A DNA stretch of 64,000 bases from Bdellovibrionales bacterium (GTDB lineage: Bacteria > Bdellovibrionota > Bdellovibrionia > Bdellovibrionales > UBA1609), in assembly GCA_965203095.1 (NCBI GenBank), contig OZ241877.1:544001-608000 (forward strand), in the 5' to 3' direction. The notes beneath the pieces are model-generated. The model was given only the letters and a program-made list of their open reading frames with translations. It had not been told where the DNA came from and made no database searches. Position 1 is the stretch's first letter; every line of letters starts with the position of its first letter. Shown here one piece after another: positions 26,836 to 34,874 of this stretch. The position numbers and the translations under genes are program-made.

Positions 26836-27642
26836 AAGCCCTCCTTGTTTTAATATCCCTTCGGATATAAGCAGTTTTTCCGCCCTTTCCCAAACTTTTA
26901 AATCCAATCCCGTATTGTCTCTTAAATACTCCAATATCCTTAACTCTACAGTCTTTCTCTCCTTCCCCTTCAAATCCTTCAATATCTCCTCAAACTCAGC
27001 ATAAACATCTCTTACCTTTAATGGAGTTATTTTCTTCTTTAAACTCCATACATCAGACAATAATTTTATTACACTATAACCCTTAAATTCCCCAGCCTTA
27101 AGGGCTTTTTGAATTTTCGGGTCTCGCGTGTTTATTATCTTCGGTTCGTAGTTTAACATATTTTTTCGGGATTCCATAGGAATTTTTTTAAAAAAAGAAC
27201 CAAAATCCTCTTCTTGGAGAGATTTTTTCCATTTAAGAGGCTGTTCCCCGTGATAAAACAGCGAAGAGATTATAGGCTGAGGATAGCCTTTTTGTTGGAT
27301 GCTATGTTTTCTACCCAATACTTGATAGTCTAAAAGCTGGCTAAACAGGTTTTTATCATAATGGCTTTTGTGTTCTAAGAGAATAAAGATTTGGACTCTG
27401 TTTTTTGGATAATTTTTAAAAGGGAGGGAGAAGATAAGATCTGCTCTTTTGGCCTCAAAGGTGTCTTTTTCTATTCTCAACTGGTTTAAATTGTAGGCTC
27501 TAAGTTCTTTTTTTGAGAAAATAAGTTTCAATAGTCCTTTAGCAAGCTCTATATTAGAGTAAAACAGTTTGAAGAAGTTATCGTGACTGAGTTTTGGTTT
27601 CTTGCTTTGGACTTGAGATTTGTTCTTTTGGTATTTTTCCAT
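26665..27642 (-). CDS. Rpn family recombination-promoting nuclease (YhgA-like)
   Basis: HDNFFK, ADLIF, LEHKS, LFYHG and C-terminal EGR..E..NML..ISKVTGLS. Confidence 0.9.
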   Translation of the reverse strand: MEKYQKNKSQVQSKKPKLSHDNFFKLFYSNIELAKGLLKLIFSKKELRAYNLNQLRIEKDTFEAKRADLIFSLPFKNYPKNRVQIFILLEHKSHYDKNLFSQLLDYQVLGRKHSIQQKGYPQPIISSLFYHGEQPLKWKKSLQEEDFGSFFKKIPMESRKNMLNYEPKIINTRDPKIQKALKAGEFKGYSVIKLLSDVWSLKKKITPLKVRDVYAEFEEILKDLKGKERKTVELRILEYLRDNTGLDLKVWERAEKLLISEGILKQGGLMQDVWEIIKEKGRWEGRQARDRELVLNMLKEKANISFISKVTGLSEKAIKKLKNGS

Positions 27643-27759
27643 AAAAAATCCTTTATAGTTGGTTTTTTAAAAGCCTCACAAGCTTTTAAGCTTAAAACAG
27701 TTTAAATGAAAATACAAGCTGTTTTTTTGACTGCCTTTTTGAGAGCCAATTATCAAAGG

Positions 27760-27992
27760 GAAAGTGAATTTTTAGTAGATTTTTTTTAAATGTGTTGCGA
27801 AAAACTGCCACAATCCATTCAAAGCTCTTTTAAACTGAAGGGCTGAAAACCCTTAAAACAAAAGCTTTTTTAGATTGAACGGGTTTTAAGTCCAAAGCTT
27901 TCCTTAAGATTTTTAGTGCTTGCCGAGTGGACTGAGGGAAAAAAGTGGACTCTTTTTAAAATGTGATTTAACACTAACTTTAAAAAGGAGGA
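27760..27992 (+). repeat. Mosaic of repeat segments A + B + promoter/RBS module
   Basis: A matches 15110-15182 (direct), B matches 15408-15504 (inverted), last 56 bp match 959-1013 (direct). Confidence 0.88.
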
Positions 27993-28352
27993 ATGATGAA
28001 AAAGCCAATAGAAGATTTGAAAAATAAAATTTACAATATTTATAACGAGCGACAGGATAAAAACTGGGATGGCTATGGAGCAGAGCCTTTAAAATTTCTA
28101 CCTCAATCATTAAAGTTTGCTGAAAGTTTGTTTTCTGAGTCGAGGCTATTGGTGGAATCTGTAGATATTATTCCTGAAAATGACGGTTGTCTTTGTTTTG
28201 AATGGTATAAATCCGATGAAAAGTTTATCAGTGTCTCAGTAAAAGGTGAAAAACTGATATATAATTATGAAATTTATGGTGAGAAAAGTTGTGGCGAAAC
28301 AAATTTTTATGGAAAAAAAAGCATAATTGAAAAAATAAAACAAGTTGCTTAA
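27993..28352 (+). CDS. Hypothetical protein with NWDGYGAEP motif
   Basis: Strong SD AAGGAGGA (ATG 27996 fits the spacing better); motif recurs in small accessory-operon proteins. Confidence 0.65.
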   Translation: MMKKPIEDLKNKIYNIYNERQDKNWDGYGAEPLKFLPQSLKFAESLFSESRLLVESVDIIPENDGCLCFEWYKSDEKFISVSVKGEKLIYNYEIYGEKSCGETNFYGKKSIIEKIKQVA

Positions 28353-28629
28353 AAATTGTTTGTTTTTTAAAAACTTGTAAATAGATTTTTTTTGAAGATT
28401 AGCTTTATCCCGTTTATCAGTGAAGTTTCAACCTACTAAAGGGACGGGAAAGAGAGTGGAAAGAGATAGAGTCAGCAAACTTAGCATGATCTGCTTTATG
28501 TGATATAGAGTTTTGCTTTTTTTAAAATGGATTTGGTATATCCTCTCGACTTCCTAAAGGGCGAACTCAGGATAAAGCATTTTGTAAATTTTTCACAGTG
28601 AGAAAGCCTGTTTCCCCAGTGGCTACAGT

Positions 28630-28815
28630 TCAGGGTTCTTTTTTCTCAAAGATCAAAATTAAATCTGTAAGTTTTTTAGCTTTGGCTTTAAGGACAAGCT
28701 TTTTCTCTGTGGCAATATCCTCTTTATTGTCTATCACCCATAAAAGCTTTTTTCTCTGTGTCTTTAGAATTTTAATGACAGAGTCCAAATCCTCTTTACT
28801 AATCTCTATTTTCAT
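28630..28815 (-). CDS. Small hypothetical protein
   Basis: Starts 3 nt after ggt stop on same strand. Confidence 0.45.
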   Translation of the reverse strand: MKIEISKEDLDSVIKILKTQRKKLLWVIDNKEDIATEKKLVLKAKAKKLTDLILIFEKKEP

Positions 28816-28818
28816 TTT

Positions 28819-30447
28819 TTAAAGTCCCCCAGTGGAGCCTTCCCTACGGTTTTCTACAGCCCCTTGCAGACGGCCTTCAGGAGTTCGAGCCACAGCAAAA
28901 ATTTGAGCAATATAATTCTTAAATTGAATTTTATGCCCTCTCAATTTTAAACCTGTAAGTAGTTCCGGGGAAAATCTTTTATCCTCAACAAAAAGATCCC
29001 GAGGTAAAAACTGATGGTGTAACCGTGGAGCTTGAACCGCTTGTTCTATATCTAATTTATTAACCAAATGCCGGTAAAGGCTTTGTAAAACGCCGTTAAT
29101 GATCATCGGCCCTCCTGCTCCTCCTATAACCATGACTGTCTGTTTGTTTTTCTCAACTATCACTGGAGTCATAGAGCTGAGGGGCCTTTTCCCCCCTTGA
29201 ACGGAATTGCTTTTCCCCTGAAACAAGCCAAACATATTGGGCTGTCCTAAAAGGGTTGTAAAGTCATCCATCTGATTGTTCAAAACTATCCCATACTTGG
29301 GGCTGACAATGCCTGAGCCATAAAAGCCGTTGAGAGTGAGGGTCATAGCCACAGCATTTCCCTGAGAGTCTATCAAGGAGATATGGGTGGTCTCCTCTGG
29401 TTCTTTAGGTGGGGCTAACCGTCTCACTTTTTTTAAAGAAATACCTTGGTTCATAGTTTTTAAATTTTCATCGGAAAGCCAGCCATCCGTTGGTATTTTT
29501 GAAAAATCTGGATCTCCCATTAAGGAGCGAGGCCAAAAGGCTCGGCTCATAATTTCTGCTAAAAGATGCATTTCATCCTCACTATAAAGTGGTTTTTTAA
29601 ATACTTTTTGCCTCTCTATAAACTTAAGGGCACGCGACAAAATAATCCCCCCGGAGCTGGGCAGTGGCATGCTATAGACCTCATAGCCTCTAAAAGAAAC
29701 AGATACCGGCTCAAGCCACCGAACACGGTATTGCTTGAGATCTTTTTTTGTTAAAACTCCCTTTTGCTGTTGGACCGCTAAAACCACATCTTGCCCTAAA
29801 GGCCCTTCATAAAAAGCTTTTCGCCCTGTTTTTTTTAGCAGTTTGAGGGCCTTGGCCCACTTTTTTTGTTTAAAAATTTCATTCGGTTTGTAAGCACTTC
29901 TGCCGGACTTTAAAAAAATCTTTTTCCCAAAAGAATCCCACTTCCCTTTTGATTTTTCATTGATACGGATCCAATCGCCGGAAACAGGAAAGCCCTTTTC
30001 CGCTAAAACAATGGCGGGCTGAATCACCTGAGACCAAGACAAACGGCCATACTTTTTATGCAATTCAAATAATCCGGCCACAAAGCCCGGAACTCCAACT
30101 GAAGCTCCCCCCTTGCGGGAAGATAATCGGCTCTTTTCAAAAAAATCAGGCGACATTTTGCCCGGAGCTGTTTCACGAAAATCCAAAGCCTTGATAGAAG
30201 ATTTCAGTTTGACTAAGGCAAAGCCACCCGATCCCAGGGAAACATAATAGGGATGAGTGACAGTTAAAGACAGTGCCACTGCCACTGCCATATCCACAAC
30301 ATTTCCTCCTTGCCGAAAGAGGCTTTTGGCCACAATAGGGGAATGAGGGGAAGGGCCGGAAACTACAAACTTCGCCCCTTCAAAAGGAAGGGCTAAAGAA
30401 ACTTTAGCCCAAAACAGAACAACAAAACAAATAAAACATCTTTTCAT
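28819..30447 (-). CDS. ggt: Gamma-glutamyltransferase
   Basis: LDFRETAP, VGVPG, catalytic ETTHIS, LNNQMDDF, RPLSSMTP; signal peptide. Confidence 0.95.
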   Translation of the reverse strand: MKRCFICFVVLFWAKVSLALPFEGAKFVVSGPSPHSPIVAKSLFRQGGNVVDMAVAVALSLTVTHPYYVSLGSGGFALVKLKSSIKALDFRETAPGKMSPDFFEKSRLSSRKGGASVGVPGFVAGLFELHKKYGRLSWSQVIQPAIVLAEKGFPVSGDWIRINEKSKGKWDSFGKKIFLKSGRSAYKPNEIFKQKKWAKALKLLKKTGRKAFYEGPLGQDVVLAVQQQKGVLTKKDLKQYRVRWLEPVSVSFRGYEVYSMPLPSSGGIILSRALKFIERQKVFKKPLYSEDEMHLLAEIMSRAFWPRSLMGDPDFSKIPTDGWLSDENLKTMNQGISLKKVRRLAPPKEPEETTHISLIDSQGNAVAMTLTLNGFYGSGIVSPKYGIVLNNQMDDFTTLLGQPNMFGLFQGKSNSVQGGKRPLSSMTPVIVEKNKQTVMVIGGAGGPMIINGVLQSLYRHLVNKLDIEQAVQAPRLHHQFLPRDLFVEDKRFSPELLTGLKLRGHKIQFKNYIAQIFAVARTPEGRLQGAVENRREGSTGGL

Positions 30448-30553
30448 ATAATTTTTTACTCCCTGTTAATTTAAGATTTTCTTTCCTTAACGGCAAGAAA
30501 ATCTTTTGCCAGCAGGTTAATTTTTAACAAAAGACTACTACTTATCAAGAGGC

Positions 30554-31270
30554 TTATTTCCTGAACATGATTTCAGACCAGTCAGAACGGCCACAATACT
30601 CCCTACTATTTGAGTCGGCTGGCTGAACAAAATGAACAGTATCCTCCTCGTCAAAATAATATCTAATACTTCTACGGCCCGAAGGTGGGTTTGGCTGTGG
30701 ACCACAAGCTGTAGTGGCTGAAAAAGAATCCATCCAAAAAGTCATTTGGTCTCCCTCTGCCTGATACCTCCCTTCAAGACCCATCTGGCAAATGCCTTTA
30801 GAACCTGGCCTAAACTCCTCGGCCTCCGCAATTTTTTCTTCTATTCTCTTTAATTCCTGTTCTCTGGAACTTCGCCATTCTTCATAGAGTCTTCGTTTCG
30901 CGGATGGAGTGCACTCATCTATCTCTCCCGTTTCATCAAAAACTCCCCCTGGCTGTCTACAAGCTTCTTCATGAGTCTCTTCAAATTGCCTTATATTAAA
31001 ATTATCTCTCCTCTCTTTTAATCCTTCTAAATATTCTTCAAACTCTTCTTCCTCATTGGGGTCGGGGACTTCTATATAGCTATGTTGAAATGAGCCATCA
31101 CTTCTAAAAACCATTTCCTGTAGGGAACCCTCCACCGGAACCAGCTTCCCGTTGTCTTCACACTGCCGGCCGGTAAGCTCCCATGAGCCAATAAAACTGG
31201 CACTTTGCCCCCATGCCGAAACACCCGAAACACACAGGGCACTTATAAAAAATAACATTACATATTTCAT
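30554..31270 (-). CDS. Secreted protein, lipocalin-like start with acidic helical insert
   Basis: Signal peptide, FIGSWEL motif, paired Cys; SD AAGGAGG. Confidence 0.6.
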   Translation of the reverse strand: MKYVMLFFISALCVSGVSAWGQSASFIGSWELTGRQCEDNGKLVPVEGSLQEMVFRSDGSFQHSYIEVPDPNEEEEFEEYLEGLKERRDNFNIRQFEETHEEACRQPGGVFDETGEIDECTPSAKRRLYEEWRSSREQELKRIEEKIAEAEEFRPGSKGICQMGLEGRYQAEGDQMTFWMDSFSATTACGPQPNPPSGRRSIRYYFDEEDTVHFVQPADSNSREYCGRSDWSEIMFRK

Positions 31271-31384
31271 ATTTTTACCTCCTTATTTTAAGATTTAACC
31301 AATCCAGCTAAGCATATAAAAAAATTAAAATCAAGGATATATTAAGGCTAAAGACTAAAGGATAGACTATTTAGCCTTATGGAG

Positions 31385-31699
31385 TTATTTTTCGTGAAGA
31401 CGAATGATATTATCTATCATCCGCTCCGCATCTTGAGGGCAGGCGGACTCTTGCCGGATTTTTATCCTGCTCTTGTAATTTAAAATGGCTTTTTCCCTCA
31501 GATCGGCACTTCCGTATTTATCGGAATTTTGGATAATTCGAAATAGCCTTTCTTTTTTTGCCTCTAAGTCTGAAAGATTAGCTGTTCCTTGGCAAAGGGG
31601 CTTTTGGTATTCCCCTGAGCCTACAGAACTTGTTGAGGACGGAGCACAGGAAAGAACCAAAAAACAGGAGAGAAATAAAAGCAGGTAATGAGCACTCAT
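31385..31699 (-). CDS. Small lipoprotein
   Basis: Lipobox VLSC. Confidence 0.6.
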   Translation of the reverse strand: MSAHYLLLFLSCFLVLSCAPSSTSSVGSGEYQKPLCQGTANLSDLEAKKERLFRIIQNSDKYGSADLREKAILNYKSRIKIRQESACPQDAERMIDNIIRLHEK

Positions 31700-31806
31700 A
31701 ATTAAAAGTAAAGCTTATGTTAAAAACATCTGTCAAGCTCAAATCTCTGATTTTTAATGTGATATTAGATGGACAGCGAGCTAAAAAATAAGATAAAAAT
31801 ACGGAT

Positions 31807-32793
31807 GTGGAAAAGTCTCAAATAGCCACTCTTTATTCTGAACCACTCATTCAGCTCATTGAGCAGGCCCATGGCCTTCATAAAAAGCATTTTAAGCCCT
31901 CTTTGGTTCAGGCCAATAAGCTTTTATCCATAAAAACAGGAGGCTGTCCGGAAGATTGTGCTTACTGCTCTCAGTCCGCCCGCTACAAAACAGCTATCCA
32001 AAAAGAAAAGCTATTGAGCCAGGCCACAGTCATTCAAAAAGCCAAGTTAGCTAAAAAACAAGGGGCCAGCCGTTTTTGCATGGGGGCCGCATGGAGAGAG
32101 GTAAGGGAAGGCACTGCTTTTGATCAGGTTTTAGAAATGGTAAAGGCTATAAGCCAAATGGATATGGAGGTTTGTTGCTCTTTAGGAATGTTGAGTTTAG
32201 AGCAGGCCAAAAAGTTAAAACAGGCTGGACTTTACGCCTACAACCACAACATTGACACTTCTCCTGAGTTTTACCCTCAAATCATCACTACTCGAAAATA
32301 CGAAGATCGTTTAAAAACTTTGGACAATGTAAGGCAAGCGGGTATCACTGTTTGTGTGGGAGGCATTTTAGGGATGGGGGAAAGTGCTGAAGATCGCGTG
32401 TCTTTTATCCATCAGTTGAACTGCCTTTCCCCTCCGCCAGAGAGCATTACAATCAATACACTGGTCCCTATAAAAGGCACTCCGCTGGCAAAACAAAAAC
32501 CTATTTCTGCTTTGGAAGTGGCTCGTGTAATTGCCATTAGCCGAATCCTTATGCCCAAGTCCTTAATCCGTTTGAGTGCGGGAAGGAAAAACATGACAAC
32601 AGCGGAGCAATTTCTTTGTTTTTACTCTGGAGCCAATTCTATTTTTATAGGGAATAAACTTTTAACTGCAAGCAATCCGGAATGGAGTAGTGATCAACAA
32701 ATGCTTGAAAACATGGGATTAAAACTGAAAAAATTTTTTGAACCAATGGCTTGGGAGGAAAAGCCTTTACCAGAATCTCCAGACTTATTGTAA
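31807..32793 (+). CDS. bioB: Biotin synthase
   Basis: CPEDCAYC radical SAM motif, RFCMGAAWR, YNHNIDTS, IRLSAGR. Confidence 0.96.
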   Translation: MEKSQIATLYSEPLIQLIEQAHGLHKKHFKPSLVQANKLLSIKTGGCPEDCAYCSQSARYKTAIQKEKLLSQATVIQKAKLAKKQGASRFCMGAAWREVREGTAFDQVLEMVKAISQMDMEVCCSLGMLSLEQAKKLKQAGLYAYNHNIDTSPEFYPQIITTRKYEDRLKTLDNVRQAGITVCVGGILGMGESAEDRVSFIHQLNCLSPPPESITINTLVPIKGTPLAKQKPISALEVARVIAISRILMPKSLIRLSAGRKNMTTAEQFLCFYSGANSIFIGNKLLTASNPEWSSDQQMLENMGLKLKKFFEPMAWEEKPLPESPDLL

Positions 32794-32796
32794 GGA

Positions 32797-33099
32797 TTAA
32801 ATATTATCAGGGAAGATAAAGATCAAATCTCCTTCGCCGGTGTAATCCAGCCTTTGCCGGATCTCTTTTTCTACAAAGTGGGGATCATTTGCTTTTTTGA
32901 TTTTGTGCTCAATATTCTGGTTTAATGCCTTTATGTGTTCAATGCGATGCCGTATGATTCTCAAATCCCTACTCAAACCAAAAAGCTGAAACAGAGAACC
33001 ATTCCCAATTAGGTTGAAAAACAAAAATAAAAGGCATAGTAAAAAAACCAGTTTGGGCCTGTATAATATGTTGAGGATAATTTTTTTTGCCTTTTTCAT
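32797..33099 (-). CDS. Septum formation initiator (FtsB/DivIC family)
   Basis: TM helix, coiled coil, DPHFVEKEIRQRLDYTGEGDLIF. Confidence 0.8.
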   Translation of the reverse strand: MKKAKKIILNILYRPKLVFLLCLLFLFFNLIGNGSLFQLFGLSRDLRIIRHRIEHIKALNQNIEHKIKKANDPHFVEKEIRQRLDYTGEGDLIFIFPDNI

Positions 33100-33116
33100 A
33101 TTGTTGTCTTGTTTTG

Positions 33117-33172
33117 ATGCCTCAATGCCTCAATGCCTCAATGCCTCAATGCCTCAATGCCTCAATGCCTCA
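33117..33172. repeat. 8-bp perfect tandem repeat (ATGCCTCA)x7
   Basis: Seven exact units, 17 nt upstream of the FtsB-like start. Confidence 0.97.
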
Positions 33173-33224
33173 ATTTATTGAGCCTTTTTGTTTTGACTAT
33201 AACACAAATTTTAGGACGGATCAA

Positions 33225-33388
33225 ATCATTCCGGCCTTGACAGTCATTCCTGCCTTGAGCGGGAATCCAGATACTTTGTTTTAGGGGAAGACCCTCTGTT
33301 TTCATAAAAACTGGCTGTTCTGGATTCCCGTTTTCACGGGAATGACTTGCTGGCAGGAGAGCTAAAAAGTCCGGGGGGCTTTTTGGCA
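33225..33388. repeat. REP cluster
   Basis: GTCATTCCTGCCTTGAGCGGGAATCCA, TGGATTCCCGTTTTCACGGGAATGAC, GCTAAAAAGTCCGGGGGGCTTTTTGGC. Confidence 0.85.
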
Positions 33389-33395
33389 AGGTTTT

Positions 33396-34865
33396 TCACT
33401 GGCGACTATTTTTTTGCCGATTTGAGGATTTGATAATTCTTTTATAATATTGAAATTTACTGAAATAATATATTTTCATTAAAGAGGATCTCAAAATTAA
33501 AGCATACATTGAGCCTACAGCAAAATAGAGAAATCCAAGCCCTCTCAGCAAAACAGAACCATAGAGCCAACCTATAACAAACCAGAGTATGCCAAGCCCT
33601 CTAAGCAAAATAGAACCATAGAGCCAGCCTATAACAAACCAGAGTAGGCCAAGCCCCCTCAGCAAAACAGAACCATAGAGCCAACCTATAACAAACCAAA
33701 GAAATCCAAACCCCCTCAGCAAAACAGAACCATAGAGCCAGCCTATAACAAACCAAAGAAATCCAAGCCCTCTCAGCAAAACAGAACCATAGAGCCAGCC
33801 TATAACAAACCAAAGAAATCCAAGCCCTCTCAGCAAAACAGAACCATAGAGCCAACCTATAACAAACCAAAGAAGGCCAAGCCCTCTAAGCAAGATAGAG
33901 CCGTATATCCAACCCATGACGAAATAGAGATGGCCAAAAAACCTTTTTTGTTTAAAAAAATAAAAACGACTTTTAAGTAGTAAAAAAACAAACCGAAAAA
34001 ACCGGCCCCCTAAAAACTTCCCGCCGGCCAAGCCATAAAAATAGCCCAACTTAAAAAATAATGAATAAAAATAGAGGAAGAAATCGGTTTCAGAACCTGC
34101 AAAAAAAGCCCATTCTTTTTCAATATTTCTTAAGCTTTTTATAGATTGTTTGGACTGCCGATTTTTAAATAAACCCAAACCCTGTTGAAAGGACTTAGCT
34201 AAAAAGCTAAAAAAACCAAGCTTAATTTTATGAAAAACCCATAATCTTTCAATGTTCAGCAAACTATAGCCCTGCTCGATGAGTGATTGATTAAAGCTTT
34301 CTTCCGCTCCTCCAAAAACAATGGAGGGATTAAAGTTAAAGCCTCGGTCAAAAACTTCTCTTTTATAAGAGGCATTGCCTCCAATAAGTTGTTGGCTTAG
34401 CCCTTCTGATTTGTGTTTTTGGATCCATTCTAAATGTTGAACATGGTAAGTTTTTTTATACTTATTAAGCGGTTCAAGAGTTTTGTATTGGGCCCCAATG
34501 CCCATAGCCAAAGGATGATTTTTATGTTCTTGCACAAGGTTTTTCAGATGCTTTTTATGAGGCAAAAGGCAATCGTCATCTAAAAAGTATAAAATATCTC
34601 CACCGGCAAAACGAATGCCTAAGTTTCTGGCTTTATTGACCCCTTTAGAGCCTACTTCTTTATATTTGAAATCAAAAAACAAAGACTCAAAATGAGAGGC
34701 TCGCTCTCTTAATTTTTTATCTTTTAAATTAGAAATAAGTAAAATTTGTAAATTTTGATATGGGAAATCCTGCCCCGCTATAGACTCCACAAGTGCTATG
34801 GCCGATAAAGCCCTTTTATGTGTGGGAATAATTATGGAAACTGTCTCTAACATTTTCCTTTTCAT
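33396..34865 (-). CDS. Glycosyltransferase family 2 with hydrophobic C-terminal tandem repeats
   Basis: VSIIIPT, ARNLG, FLDDD; C-terminal 19-aa repeats LLRGLGFLWFVIGWLYGSV. Confidence 0.88.
   Translation of the reverse strand: MKRKMLETVSIIIPTHKRALSAIALVESIAGQDFPYQNLQILLISNLKDKKLRERASHFESLFFDFKYKEVGSKGVNKARNLGIRFAGGDILYFLDDDCLLPHKKHLKNLVQEHKNHPLAMGIGAQYKTLEPLNKYKKTYHVQHLEWIQKHKSEGLSQQLIGGNASYKREVFDRGFNFNPSIVFGGAEESFNQSLIEQGYSLLNIERLWVFHKIKLGFFSFLAKSFQQGLGLFKNRQSKQSIKSLRNIEKEWAFFAGSETDFFLYFYSLFFKLGYFYGLAGGKFLGGRFFRFVFLLLKSRFYFFKQKRFFGHLYFVMGWIYGSILLRGLGLLWFVIGWLYGSVLLRGLGFLWFVIGWLYGSVLLRGLGFLWFVIGWLYGSVLLRGFGFLWFVIGWLYGSVLLRGLGLLWFVIGWLYGSILLRGLGILWFVIGWLYGSVLLRGLGFLYFAVGSMYALILRSSLMKIYYFSKFQYYKRIIKSSNRQKNSRQ
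33506..33930 (-). repeat. 57-bp coding tandem repeat, 6 full plus 2 partial copies
   Basis: Period 57 (e.g. units at 33541, 33598). Confidence 0.95.
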
Positions 34866-34874
34866 AAAAAAGAA

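Noticed and set aside
28353..28600. Possible decayed partner gene after the NWDGYGAEP protein
   Set aside because: No continuous frame or motif I can support.
33087..33284. ORF with MPQCLNAS repeats
   Set aside because: Product of the 8-bp VNTR.
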